Shown in pieces: positions 10,202 through 19,973 of a stretch of 47,411 bases of DNA (the stretch's first letter is position 1; each line of letters begins with the position of its first letter). The notes beneath the pieces were generated by a model. The model was not told the DNA's origin. It ran no database searches and saw nothing but the letters and a program-made list of their open reading frames with translations. The translations under genes were made by a program, and so were the position numbers. This stretch comes from an uncultured bacterium (GTDB taxonomy: Bacteria > CAYJRR01), in the NCBI GenBank assembly GCA_964372275.1, contig CAYJRR010000018.1, positions 1-47,411 on the forward strand. Reading direction: 5' to 3'.

Positions 10202-10723
10202 ATGAAGACGATCCACGCGCTTCTTTCGAAATCGACGCTCGCCTGGACCGTGGCCATCGCGATGCTCTCGGCCTCGGTGGCCCAGGCCGATCCGCCGCCG
10301 ATCACCGCCGAGCGGTTGAACGTCGGACCCGAGGCGCTCGCTGCCGCTCGCGAACTGGTCGCCGAGCGCCGGCAGTACGATCGCGACTCGCTGCTGGGGC
10401 TTGCGGCGGCTACCGCCGGCTTTTCGGGCGCGGTCGTCGCAGCCGGTGTGACTGCCTCGGCCCTCACGCCGATCGGGCTCCTGATGGTCGGAATGGCCGG
10501 AGTGGCGACCATCTTCTACGCCGGACTGAAACGGGCAGAACGGAACCGGCGCGAAGCCCTTTATCGCGAACTCTTCGGCGAAGAGTTGGACCGCGCCCTC
10601 CTCCTGGCCGAATTCGAAGCGGATCAGGGGATCAACGTCCCTCGAGACGCCGATACCGTCGCGTCGTCGGCAGAGCCCGAGCGCCGGGGATTGACATCGC
10701 TCGGCGCCGGGATTCGACGCTGA
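10202..10723 (+). CDS. Exported hypothetical protein with hydrophobic Gly/Ala hairpin, ending GAGIRR
   Basis: Sec signal MKTIHALL...VAQA; hydrophobic stretch LLGLAAATAGFSGAVVAAGVTASALTPIGLLMVGMAGVATIFYAGL. Confidence 0.75.
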   Translation: MKTIHALLSKSTLAWTVAIAMLSASVAQADPPPITAERLNVGPEALAAARELVAERRQYDRDSLLGLAAATAGFSGAVVAAGVTASALTPIGLLMVGMAGVATIFYAGLKRAERNRREALYRELFGEELDRALLLAEFEADQGINVPRDADTVASSAEPERRGLTSLGAGIRR

Positions 10724-10801
10724 CGACTTGCAGAGGCCGAAATCGTGAGCACCGGTAGGTAGCGGCGGAGGCTGCACGCAAAGGTCGCGCGGGGGCGTAC
10801 G

Positions 10802-11398
10802 ATGATCGACGAGACGGCCGGAGCCGACCCAGCCATTCGCGCGTCGCGCGTGCCGAGCGAGAGCTACGTGCCGGACGGCGTGTGGGAGGAGGAGCGGATC
10901 ATGCGCGAGCGCGCCGCCCTGCCGCCGTCGTTCGACGCCGATTCGCTCCGCGTGCCGGTCACGCGTCTGAATCTACGTTCCCCGACGACGCTCCCCCACG
11001 ATGCGACCGTGCTGGAAGCGGTCCGTGCAATGCGCGGCGGAGGGTTCGGCTGCGTCCTGGTGGTAGCCCTCGGACGACTGGTCGGGATCGTCACCGAGCG
11101 GGACGTCCTCTCGCGCGTCGACCACGCGCCGGCGGACTGGCTGCGACACCCGCTTTCCTCGATCATGACCCCCGACCCGGAGACGCTGACCGAGAACGCG
11201 AACCTCGCCTTCGCATTGAACGTGATGACGGTGGGCGGCTTTCGGCACGTTCCGATCGTCGATGCCGACGATCGCCCCGTGGCGGTGGTCTCGATCCGGG
11301 ACATCGTGGCCTACATCTGCAGCTTCTTCCGCGAAGAGGTCGCCAACCTCCCTCCGCGGCCCTCCATCCTCCACCCCACCACCCGCGAGAGCGTGTGA
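10802..11398 (+). CDS. CBS-domain pair protein (paralog 1; true start may be GTG 10850)
   Basis: GCVLVV, LVGIVTERD, IMTPDPE, GFRHVPIVD, VVSIRDI. Confidence 0.88.
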   Translation: MIDETAGADPAIRASRVPSESYVPDGVWEEERIMRERAALPPSFDADSLRVPVTRLNLRSPTTLPHDATVLEAVRAMRGGGFGCVLVVALGRLVGIVTERDVLSRVDHAPADWLRHPLSSIMTPDPETLTENANLAFALNVMTVGGFRHVPIVDADDRPVAVVSIRDIVAYICSFFREEVANLPPRPSILHPTTRESV

Positions 11399-11538
11399 AC
11401 GTCGGGTGAACGGGTCGGTCCACCCGTTCGGGCTTCCTCGGGGCTCCCCGAACGCCTCGCCCGGGGCGGCCGCTTGGCTTCTGGTGGAGGGCCGGTGCTA
11501 ACATCCGGGACCCACACGATTCGGAGGCGGAGACGAGG

Positions 11539-12114
11539 ATGTCCAAGAAGCCCGGCCCGGAGAACGATTTCGTGGAGTCCTACCTCGGCGATGAAATGTA
11601 CGAAGAGGAGCGGATCATGGCGGAGCGCGCCGCCAAGCCCCGCACCTTCGACACCAACACGCTCAAGGCGCCGCTCCGGACGATCCACCTCCCGACGCCC
11701 GTCTTCGTCTCGGCGAAGACGACGATCGGCGACGCGATCAAGGCGATGCAGGAGGGACACTTCGGTTGCGTCCTGGTGGAACAGAGCGGAAAGCTCGCCG
11801 GGATCTTCACCGAGCGGGACGTTCTGTTCAAACTCGCCGGCAAAGGAAAGGACTGGGGCACGTCCACGGTCGGCGAGTTCATGACCCCGAACCCCGAATC
11901 GCTCCCGGCCGACGCGAGCTTCGCGTTCGCGCTCAACATGATGACCGAGCGGAGCTTCCGGCACATCCCGATCGTCGACAAGGAAGGCAAGGCGGTCGGG
12001 ATTCTGTCGATGCGCGACGTGATGAAGTACATCGCCGGCTTCTTCGAGAAGGAGGTCAAGAACCTCCCGCCGCGTCCCGACCTGCTGAATCCGACGAAGA
12101 CCGAAGGCGGATAA
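11539..12114 (+). CDS. CBS-domain pair protein (paralog 2)
   Basis: GCVLVE, LAGIFTERD, FMTPNPE, FRHIPIVD, GILSMRD; SD upstream. Confidence 0.9.
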   Translation: MSKKPGPENDFVESYLGDEMYEEERIMAERAAKPRTFDTNTLKAPLRTIHLPTPVFVSAKTTIGDAIKAMQEGHFGCVLVEQSGKLAGIFTERDVLFKLAGKGKDWGTSTVGEFMTPNPESLPADASFAFALNMMTERSFRHIPIVDKEGKAVGILSMRDVMKYIAGFFEKEVKNLPPRPDLLNPTKTEGG

Positions 12115-12134
12115 ACCCCCGCCACGTCGTGGCT

Positions 12135-12163
12135 TTGACTCGTTCCGACATTCGCGCTATGAC
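12135..12163 (+). promoter_or_regulatory. sigma70-type promoter of the nuoE-N operon
   Basis: TTGACT-N17-TATGAC, 9 nt before GTG 12173. Confidence 0.55.
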
Positions 12164-12172
12164 GCGCGTCCG

Positions 12173-12679
12173 GTGTCGGAAATCGCCTTCCAGGAAGCCG
12201 CCGAGCTGGAGATCCAGAAGACCCTCGCCCGCTATCCGAACAGGGCGGCCGCGACCCTCCCGGTGCTGTGGATCGCCCAGCGCCAGTTCGGATGGCTCTC
12301 CCCCGAGGTGCTGAAGCTCGTCGCCGACCGGCTCGAGCTTCCGGCCGCGCGCGTCGCCGGCGTGGCGAGCTTCTATACGATGTTCAAGCTCAAGCCGACG
12401 GGGAAGTTCCACGTCCAGATCTGCCGGAATCTGTCGTGCGCGATGCTCGGCGCCGAGCGGATCACCGAGCGCGTCTGCAAGAAGCTGAAGGTCAAGCCCG
12501 GCGAGACGACGGCCGACCGGCTCTTCACGGTGGAGCAGGTCGAGTGCCTGGCCGCCTGCGGCATCGCGCCGGTGGTGCAGATCAACGAGGAGTACCACGC
12601 CCGCATGGGGGGGGAGAAGCTCGACCAACTGCTCGACGTGTTGGTGGAGAACGAGAAGCGCAGCGGAGGGACGCCGTGA
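12173..12679 (+). CDS. nuoE: NADH-quinone oxidoreductase subunit E
   Basis: VASFYTMF, CRNLSC, ECLAACGIAP (2Fe-2S N1a ligands). Confidence 0.95.
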   Translation: MSEIAFQEAAELEIQKTLARYPNRAAATLPVLWIAQRQFGWLSPEVLKLVADRLELPAARVAGVASFYTMFKLKPTGKFHVQICRNLSCAMLGAERITERVCKKLKVKPGETTADRLFTVEQVECLAACGIAPVVQINEEYHARMGGEKLDQLLDVLVENEKRSGGTP

Positions 12680-13992
12680 CCGCGCCGGCGACGGGCGGCG
12701 CGGGCAGCAGCGACTTCCCGCGCGTCCTGACCTCGACCTGGGAGATACCCGACTCCTGGTCCTACGAGATCTACCGCGAACACGGCGGGTACCAGGCGCT
12801 TGCGAAGGCGCTCCGCGAGATGAAGCCCGACGACGTGGTCAACGAGGTGAAGACGTCGGGGCTGCGCGGGCGTGGCGGCGCCGGCTTCCCCACCGGCACC
12901 AAGTGGGGCTTCGTCCCGAAGGAGTCGAAGAGGCCGAAGTACGTCGCCATCAACGCCGACGAAGGGGAGCCGGGGACGTTCAAGGACCGGGAGCTCCTGG
13001 CGCGCGATCCGAACCGGATGGTCGAAGGGGCGCTGCTCACCGCCTACGCCATCGGCTCCAGCGACGTCTACGTCTACGTGCGCGGCGAGTTCTTCGCCGA
13101 GATCAAGAAGGTCGAATACGCCGTCGAGCAGGCCTACAAGCATGGCTGGGCGGGGAGGAACGTCAAGGGAAGCCCCTTCTCCTGCGAGATCCGCATCACC
13201 AAGGGGGCCGGCGCCTACATCTGCGGCGAGGAGACGGCGATGCTCTCCTCGCTCGAAGGCTGGAAGGGGTGGCCGAAGCTCAAGCCTCCGTTCCCGGCGG
13301 TGCAGGGGCTGTTCGGCGGACCGACCGTCGTCAACAACGTGGAGACGGTCGCCGCCGTGCCGTGGATCGTGACCCACGGCGGCAAGGCCTACGCCGCGAT
13401 CGGGACCGAGAAGTCGACCGGCACCCGGCTCTACGGCGCGTCGGGGCGGGTCAAGAAGCCGGGCGTCTACGAGCTTCCGATGGGCTACAACCTGAAGAAG
13501 TTCGTCGACGTCGTCTGCGGCGGATTGTCAGGACCCCGGCGGTTGAAGGCGGTGATCCCCGGCGGAAGCTCGACGCCGATCGTGACGGCCGAGGAGGCGG
13601 AGCGGGTCGGGCTGGACCACGAGTCGCTGGCGACGGTCGGCTCCTCGCTCGGCACCGGCGCGGTGATCGCGCTCGACGAGGGGGACTGCATGGTGCGGAC
13701 CCTGTCCACCTTCCAGAACTTCTACGCGCACGAAACCTGCGGGCAGTGCTCCCCCTGCCGCGAAGGGGTGCCGTGGATCGCCAAGATCTGCCGTCGCATC
13801 GAGAAGGGGAACGCCGAGCCGGACGAGGTCGACCTGCTGCTCCGGATCTGCGATCAGATGATGGGAAAGACGATCTGCGCCTTCGCCGACGGCGCCGGGA
13901 TGCCGGTCGTCTCCTACCTCAAGAAGTACCGGTCGGAGTTCGAGCTGCACATCCAGAACCGCGGCTGCCCGTATCCGGCGTGGGGGGGCTGA
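12676..13992 (+). CDS. nuoF: NADH-quinone oxidoreductase subunit F
   Basis: GTG overlaps nuoE stop; SGLRGRGGAGFPTG, NADEGEPGTFKDR, GAGAYICGEET, HETCGQCSPCREG. Confidence 0.97.
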   Translation: MTAPATGGAGSSDFPRVLTSTWEIPDSWSYEIYREHGGYQALAKALREMKPDDVVNEVKTSGLRGRGGAGFPTGTKWGFVPKESKRPKYVAINADEGEPGTFKDRELLARDPNRMVEGALLTAYAIGSSDVYVYVRGEFFAEIKKVEYAVEQAYKHGWAGRNVKGSPFSCEIRITKGAGAYICGEETAMLSSLEGWKGWPKLKPPFPAVQGLFGGPTVVNNVETVAAVPWIVTHGGKAYAAIGTEKSTGTRLYGASGRVKKPGVYELPMGYNLKKFVDVVCGGLSGPRRLKAVIPGGSSTPIVTAEEAERVGLDHESLATVGSSLGTGAVIALDEGDCMVRTLSTFQNFYAHETCGQCSPCREGVPWIAKICRRIEKGNAEPDEVDLLLRICDQMMGKTICAFADGAGMPVVSYLKKYRSEFELHIQNRGCPYPAWGG

Positions 13993-13997
13993 CGACG

Positions 13998-15608
13998 ATG
14001 CCGAAGATGACGATCGACGGCGTCGACTACGAGTTCAAGGCCGGGCAGACCGTCCTCCAGCTCGCGCACGAGAACGGGATCGACGTCCCCTACTTCTGCT
14101 ATCACCCGGGCCTGTCGATCGCCGGCAACTGCCGCATGTGCCTGGTCGAGGTCGAAGGGCAGAAGAAGCCGGACATCGCCTGCAACATGACCTGCCGCGA
14201 TGGGCTGAAGGTCCTGACGCAGACCGAGGGCGTCAAGAAGATGCGGGCCGGGGTGATGGAGTTCCTGCTGCTGAACCATCCGCTCGACTGCCCGGTGTGC
14301 GATCAGGCGGGGGAGTGCTGGCTGCAGGAGTACTACATGGACTACGCGCGGCATCCCTCGGCGCTGCGCGATCCGAAGGTCGAGAAGCGGAAGGTCGTAC
14401 CGCTCGGACCCCAGGTGATGCTCGACGCCGAGCGTTGCATCCTCTGCACCCGTTGCATCCGTTTCCTCGACGAGGTGACGCACACCTCGGAGTTGACGAT
14501 CGTCGACCGCGGAGGGCATGCCGAGATCTCCCTGTTCCCCGGCGGCCGGCTGGAGAACCTCTACAGCGCAAACGTCGTCGACATCTGCCCCGTCGGCGCG
14601 TTGACCAACCGCGATTTCCGCTTCCAGCAGCGGGTCTGGTTCCTCAAGACGACCGACTCGGTCTGCAACGTCTGTTCGAACGGCTGCAACCTGCACGTCG
14701 ATTCGAACGCCGTCGACCGCAACGTTCACCGCGTGCGTCCGCGCCGCAACGACGCCGTGAACGCCTTCTGGATGTGCGACCTGGGCCGGACGTGCCACAA
14801 GCCGACGCACGCCGAGACGCGGATCCCGCAGCCGACCTCGGGACGGCGGCCGGCGACGTGGCGCGCCGCCGCGGCCGACGTGGCGGAAGCGACCCGGCGC
14901 ATCGTCTCCCAGCACGGGTCGGAGGCGATCGCAGTCCTCGCCAGTCCCCACGCCACCAACGAGGCGCTCTGGGCGCTGAGCCGCTTCGCCGACGAAGTCC
15001 TCCGGACCCCGCTGATCGCCGTCGACGTCGACCCCGGAATGGAGGAGACGGCGCAGTCCGACGACCTCCTCCTCAAGGCCGACAAGACGCCGAACCGCTC
15101 CGGATTGGAGGCGATCGTTCCGGCACGGCGGGCCACGCCCTTCGCATCGATCCGGGAGGGGATCCTCGCCGGACGGATCCGGGGCCTGTTGGCGCTGGAG
15201 CGCGATGTCGTCCGGCTCTCGAAGAACCCCGACGAGGCGCGCGAACTGCTCTCGCGGCTGGAGCTCCTGGTTTCCATCGCCTCCAACCGCACCGAGACGA
15301 CGGAGCTGTCGCACGTCGTCCTGCCGGCGGCGACCTTCCTGGAGATCGACGGCACCTTCACCAACCACGCCGGTCACGTCCAACGACTGAAACCGGCCTT
15401 CCCGCCGCTCCACGACAGCCGTCCCTCGTGGGCGATCCTCGACTTCCTCGCCGCCGCCGTGCGCGCCGACGGTACGGGGCTGGGGTTCCGTTCGGCGGAG
15501 GCGGTCTTCGACGAACTCGGCCGCCGCGTCCCGGCCTTCGGCGGACTCTCCTTCTCGAAGATCGCGGCGGGCGGCGCGCCGCTTTCGAGCTCCGCGGCCG
15601 CCGCCTGA
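13998..15608 (+). CDS. nuoG: NADH-quinone oxidoreductase subunit G (short form, N7-type Cys motif)
   Basis: FCYHPGLSIAGNCRMC, NHPLDCPVCDQAGEC, RCILCTRC, DICPVGAL, CNVCSNGC...CDLG. Confidence 0.95.
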   Translation: MPKMTIDGVDYEFKAGQTVLQLAHENGIDVPYFCYHPGLSIAGNCRMCLVEVEGQKKPDIACNMTCRDGLKVLTQTEGVKKMRAGVMEFLLLNHPLDCPVCDQAGECWLQEYYMDYARHPSALRDPKVEKRKVVPLGPQVMLDAERCILCTRCIRFLDEVTHTSELTIVDRGGHAEISLFPGGRLENLYSANVVDICPVGALTNRDFRFQQRVWFLKTTDSVCNVCSNGCNLHVDSNAVDRNVHRVRPRRNDAVNAFWMCDLGRTCHKPTHAETRIPQPTSGRRPATWRAAAADVAEATRRIVSQHGSEAIAVLASPHATNEALWALSRFADEVLRTPLIAVDVDPGMEETAQSDDLLLKADKTPNRSGLEAIVPARRATPFASIREGILAGRIRGLLALERDVVRLSKNPDEARELLSRLELLVSIASNRTETTELSHVVLPAATFLEIDGTFTNHAGHVQRLKPAFPPLHDSRPSWAILDFLAAAVRADGTGLGFRSAEAVFDELGRRVPAFGGLSFSKIAAGGAPLSSSAAAA

Positions 15609-15612
15609 CGCC

Positions 15613-16932
15613 ATGGAACTCCTCTCCCGCCTGCTCGCCAATCCGCTGGTCGTCGCCGGCCTGAAGATCGCCTTCGTCCTCGGGTTCGTGCTGCAGGTCG
15701 TCCCGGTGATGGTCTGGCTGGAGCGGAAGGTCTGCGCCTACATCCAGGACCGGATCGGACCGAACCGCGCCACCGCGCTCAAGGCGATCCGGCTCGGCGG
15801 GATGGTCCACAGCCTCACCGACGCCATCAAGCTGGTGTTCAAGGAGGACGTGCGGCCGGCCAAAGCGCACCGTTTCTTCTACTGGCTGGCGCCGTTCCTG
15901 GTGGTGACCCCCGCCTTCCTGACGGTGGCGGTGATCCCCTGGGCCGACGACCTGCACGTGCCGCACGGCGAGTGGCTGCCGCCGGGACCGCTGCCGCTGC
16001 AGATCGCGCGACTCGACGTCGGCGTCCTCTACGTCTTCGCCATCGCCGGCCTCTCGGTCTTCGGGATCATGCTGGCCGGCTGGTCCTCCAACAACAAGTA
16101 CTCGCTCCTCGGAGGTCTGCGCAGCGCCTCCCAGCTCGTCTCCTACGAGATCGCGCTGACCCTGTCGGCGGTGAGCGTGATGGTGCTGTACGGCACGGTC
16201 CGGCTCGAGGAGTTCGTCCTGCTCCAGGAAGGATCGCCGCTCCACTGGGGCGTCGTCCGCCAGCCGCTCGCCTTCCTCGTTTTCCTGGTGGCGGTTTTTG
16301 CCGAATCGAATCGCCTGCCGTTCGACCTGCCCGAGGGGGAGAGCGAGCTGGTGGCCGGGTACCACACCGAGTACTCCGGGTTCAAGTTCGGGATCTTCAT
16401 GATGTCGGAGTACGTCCACATGGTCGTCGCCTCGGCGGTGGTGGCGGCGATCTTCCTCGGCGGTTGGCAGGTGCCGTTCCTCCCGACCTCCACGCTCCGG
16501 CAGCACCCGGAGACGGTGGTGCGGGCGATCGTGGCGGCGCACGCCCTTCCGCTCGCCATCCTCTCCGTCGTTCTCTTCCGTCGGCACCTCGCCGGCCCGA
16601 GGAGGTTCGGCGATCTCCGGGACCAGGAGCCGGCGATCTTCGCCGTCGTGACGGCGGGGCTTTCGCTGGCGGGGGTGGCGTTCCTGCTCCTCGGTCTCCC
16701 GGGCGCTCTCTCTCCCTTGGCCGGCCAGGCGGCGGTGGCCCTGCTGCAGTTCATGACGTTCGTGGCGAAGATGGGGATCTTCCTCTTCCTCTTCATCTGG
16801 GTCCGATGGACGCTGCCGCGGTTCCGCTTCGACCAGGTGATGGCGCTCGGCTGGAAGCGGTTGATGCCGCTGGCGCTGGCCAACATCGTCGTCACCGCGG
16901 CCTACGTGCTGTGGCGGGAGGGGACGGCATGA
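15613..16932 (+). CDS. nuoH: NADH-quinone oxidoreductase subunit H
   Basis: ERKVCAYIQDRIGPNR, SNNKYSLLGGLR, RLPFDLPEGESELVAGYHTEYSG, RWTLPRFRFDQ. Confidence 0.96.
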   Translation: MELLSRLLANPLVVAGLKIAFVLGFVLQVVPVMVWLERKVCAYIQDRIGPNRATALKAIRLGGMVHSLTDAIKLVFKEDVRPAKAHRFFYWLAPFLVVTPAFLTVAVIPWADDLHVPHGEWLPPGPLPLQIARLDVGVLYVFAIAGLSVFGIMLAGWSSNNKYSLLGGLRSASQLVSYEIALTLSAVSVMVLYGTVRLEEFVLLQEGSPLHWGVVRQPLAFLVFLVAVFAESNRLPFDLPEGESELVAGYHTEYSGFKFGIFMMSEYVHMVVASAVVAAIFLGGWQVPFLPTSTLRQHPETVVRAIVAAHALPLAILSVVLFRRHLAGPRRFGDLRDQEPAIFAVVTAGLSLAGVAFLLLGLPGALSPLAGQAAVALLQFMTFVAKMGIFLFLFIWVRWTLPRFRFDQVMALGWKRLMPLALANIVVTAAYVLWREGTA

Positions 16933-17651
16933 ACGCCGCGGACCTCGTCTTCTACCTCTTCGCCGGGCTCGCGGTCGCGGCGTCGGTCGGCGTGGCGATC
17001 TCGCGCAACCCGATGGTCGCCGCGACGTCGCTCCTGCTGTCGCTTTTCTCGGTCGCGGCGCTGTTCGCCTGGGCGGGGGCCCACTTCCTGGCGGCGATGC
17101 AGGTGCTGGTCTACGCCGGCGCGATCGCCGTCCTGTTCGTCTTCGTCATCATGCTGTTGAACCTCCGCCCCGGAGAGCTGGGCGGACGCGATTGGCAGCC
17201 GTCGCACGCCGTGGCGCTGGTGCTCGTGGCGCTCGTCCTGGGTGCTCTGTCGGCCGCGGCCACACGCGCCGCGAGCCGCTTCCCCGCGCTGCGCGACGAG
17301 ACCGGGTTCGGCACGACCGCGGTGGTCGGCCGAGCCCTGCTGACCGACTACCTCGTCCCGTTCGAAGTGATCTCCCTCCTCCTGGTGGCGGCAATGGGAG
17401 GGGCGGTGATGCTCACCAAGCGCGCGCAGGTCGGGGAGGCGCTCGACGCAATCGATCGCGCCCGCCGCCGGATCGATCCGCTGTCTCGGAAGCGCGCCTT
17501 CGTCCCCGACCCCACGTTGCCCGACCAGCAGGGGTTGCCGCCGCGCCAGGTGGCGAAGGCTGCATCCGCGGGAACGGGCGAGTCCGCCGAGCCGGAGGCG
17601 CCGCTCGCCGGAATCGTTCCGCGGCCGCTCGAACCGGGGGAGACACTGTGA
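16929..17651 (+). CDS. nuoJ: NADH-quinone oxidoreductase subunit J
   Basis: ATGA overlap with nuoH; QVLVYAGAIAVLFVFVIMLL, YLVPFEVISLLLVAAMGGAV; long C-terminal tail. Confidence 0.93.
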   Translation: MNAADLVFYLFAGLAVAASVGVAISRNPMVAATSLLLSLFSVAALFAWAGAHFLAAMQVLVYAGAIAVLFVFVIMLLNLRPGELGGRDWQPSHAVALVLVALVLGALSAAATRAASRFPALRDETGFGTTAVVGRALLTDYLVPFEVISLLLVAAMGGAVMLTKRAQVGEALDAIDRARRRIDPLSRKRAFVPDPTLPDQQGLPPRQVAKAASAGTGESAEPEAPLAGIVPRPLEPGETL

Positions 17652-17956
17652 GCCCGATCGGCACCCAGCATTTCCTGTTCGCCGCGGGGTTGATGTTCGC
17701 CGTCGGCGTGCTCGGCGTCTTGTGGCGGAGGAACGCGATCGGCGTGTTGCTCTCGGTCGAGGTGATGCTCAACGCCGGGAACCTGGCGCTGGTCGGATTC
17801 GCCCGGGAGCGCGGCGACGTCGACGGACAGGCGCTGGCGCTGTTCGTGATGGCGGTCGCGGCGGCGGAGGCGGCGCTCGGACTGGCGTTGATCCTCACCG
17901 TCTACCGGACGCGCCGGACGATCGACCTCGACCTGCTGCACGAGCTCAAAGGATAG
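17648..17956 (+). CDS. nuoK: NADH-quinone oxidoreductase subunit K
   Basis: GTGA overlap; RRNAI, SVEVMLNA, VAAAEAALGLA, LKG end. Confidence 0.95.
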   Translation: MSPIGTQHFLFAAGLMFAVGVLGVLWRRNAIGVLLSVEVMLNAGNLALVGFARERGDVDGQALALFVMAVAAAEAALGLALILTVYRTRRTIDLDLLHELKG

Positions 17957-17959
17957 GGC

Positions 17960-19972
17960 GTGACCGGTCAAGCCTGGCTCTGGTGGATCCCCGCACTGCC
18001 GCTCGCCGGCGCCGCCGTGAACGGCGCGGTCGCGCTCTGGAAGCGGTGGACGCCGGGCGAGCGTCACACCGACACGACCGGGCGGTGGCCAGCGGGCTGG
18101 ATCGCCTCGGCGGCGATGTTGGGCGCCTTTTTCGTCGCGCTCTACGGATTCGCGCGACTGACGGGCCTGCCGCTCGAGGACCGCGCGCTGGCTTCCACCG
18201 CCGTCTCCTGGATCCGCGCCGGCACCGTCGACGTGCGCGCGGCGCTGGTGCTCGACGCGCTGTCGGCGGTGATGGCGCTGGTCGTCACGGGCGTCGGTTT
18301 CCTGATCCACGTCTACTCGGTGGGCTACATGGCCCACGATCCGGATCGCGACCGCTACTTCGCCTACCTGAACCTGTTCGCAGGGCTGATGCTGGTGCTC
18401 GTCCTCGGCGACGGTCTTCCGCTCCTGTTCGTCGGTTGGGAGGGGGTCGGCCTGTGCTCCTATCTCCTGATCGGCTTCTGGTATCGGGACGAGGCCAAGG
18501 CCAAGGCGGGGAAGAAGGCGTTCGTGGTGAACCGGGTGGGGGACTTCGGCTTCCTGCTCGGGATGATCGTCCTGTTCCTCGTCTCGCCGCCGGGTCGTCC
18601 CACCCTCGCCTTCGAGACGCTGCGCGAGCTCGGACCGGTCGCGCCGGGGATGCTGACGGCGGCCGCGCTGCTCCTGTTCGTCGGCGCCTGCGGCAAGAGC
18701 GCGCAGTTCCCGCTCTACCTGTGGCTCCCCGACGCCATGGCCGGCCCGACGCCGGTCTCGGCGTTGATCCATGCCGCGACGATGGTCACCTCCGGCGTCT
18801 ACATGATCGCCCGCCTGTCGTTCCTGTTCGAAGCGAGCGAGACCGCCTGCGCCGTGATCGCGTCGGTCGGCGCCTTCACCGCGCTGATCGCCGCGACGAT
18901 CGGCTTCGTCCAGAACGACATCAAGAAGGTGCTCGCCTACTCGACCGTCTCGCAGCTCGGGTTCATGGTGCTCGCCGTCGGCGTCGGCGGATACGCCGCC
19001 GGCGTCTTTCACCTCACCACGCACGCCTTCTTCAAGGCGCTCCTGTTCCTGGCCGCGGGCTCGGTCATCCATGCGATGGAACACGCCCTCCCGCATGGCG
19101 ACGATCCCAACGACATCCGCCGGATGGGGGGGTTGCGCACCCGACTTCCGGCGACCTTCTGGGTCTTCCTCGCCGGCTGGGCGGCGATCGTCGGCATTCC
19201 GGGCACCTCGGGGTTCTTCTCGAAGGAGGAGATCCTCGTCTCGGTGCTGCGGGCCGAACGGATCCCCGCGTGGCTCGTCGGTCCCCTGTTCGCGGCGGCC
19301 GTTCTCGCCGCCGGCTGCACCGCCTTCTACATGACGCGCCTCCTATGGCTCGTCTTCCTGGGCCGCCCCCGCATGGAGCCCGCCGTGGCGTCCAAGGTGA
19401 AGGACGGCGGCCCGACGATGCAGCTACCGCTCGTCCCCCTGGCCCTGTTGTCGATTGTCGCCGGGTTCGGCTGGACGTCGTTCGAGGGGTGGCTGGCGCC
19501 GCTCCTCCACGGGGTGGTGGAGGCGGCGCACCGGGGGGTCGAGGCCGCGGCGCACGCCCATCCCGGGGTGGGAGGGCACGGGAATCCGGCGCCCTGGGCG
19601 CTGGCGGCGCTGGCGATCGGTGCGGGCACGGCCTACGTCGTCTACGACAGGCGTCCGGAGCTTGCCGCCTCCTGGAGCGCGCAGTTCCGCGGATGGCACC
19701 GCCTGCTCCAGCGGAAATACTGGCTCGACGAGATCGCCGAGGGGCTCTTCGTGCGACCGATCCACGCCCTCTCGAAGGGCTTCCTGTGGCGGGCCGTCGA
19801 CGTTCGCGTCGTCGACGGGACCGTGAACGGCGTCGGGCGCGCGGCGCGCTCCGGCGCGGCGTTCGTCTCGCGCCTGCAGACCGGCCGGATCCAGCGCTAC
19901 GCGCTCGGCGTCGCATCCGGACTCGCTGCCGTCTCGATCTACGTCGTCGCGCGACTTCGCGGAGGGGGCTGA
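17960..19972 (+). CDS. nuoL: NADH-quinone oxidoreductase subunit L
   Basis: IHVYSVGYM, GWEGVGLCSYLLIGFW, GKSAQFPL, LPDAMAGPTPVSALIHAATMV, HAFFKALLFL. Confidence 0.96.
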   Translation: MTGQAWLWWIPALPLAGAAVNGAVALWKRWTPGERHTDTTGRWPAGWIASAAMLGAFFVALYGFARLTGLPLEDRALASTAVSWIRAGTVDVRAALVLDALSAVMALVVTGVGFLIHVYSVGYMAHDPDRDRYFAYLNLFAGLMLVLVLGDGLPLLFVGWEGVGLCSYLLIGFWYRDEAKAKAGKKAFVVNRVGDFGFLLGMIVLFLVSPPGRPTLAFETLRELGPVAPGMLTAAALLLFVGACGKSAQFPLYLWLPDAMAGPTPVSALIHAATMVTSGVYMIARLSFLFEASETACAVIASVGAFTALIAATIGFVQNDIKKVLAYSTVSQLGFMVLAVGVGGYAAGVFHLTTHAFFKALLFLAAGSVIHAMEHALPHGDDPNDIRRMGGLRTRLPATFWVFLAGWAAIVGIPGTSGFFSKEEILVSVLRAERIPAWLVGPLFAAAVLAAGCTAFYMTRLLWLVFLGRPRMEPAVASKVKDGGPTMQLPLVPLALLSIVAGFGWTSFEGWLAPLLHGVVEAAHRGVEAAAHAHPGVGGHGNPAPWALAALAIGAGTAYVVYDRRPELAASWSAQFRGWHRLLQRKYWLDEIAEGLFVRPIHALSKGFLWRAVDVRVVDGTVNGVGRAARSGAAFVSRLQTGRIQRYALGVASGLAAVSIYVVARLRGGG

Positions 19973-19973
19973 C

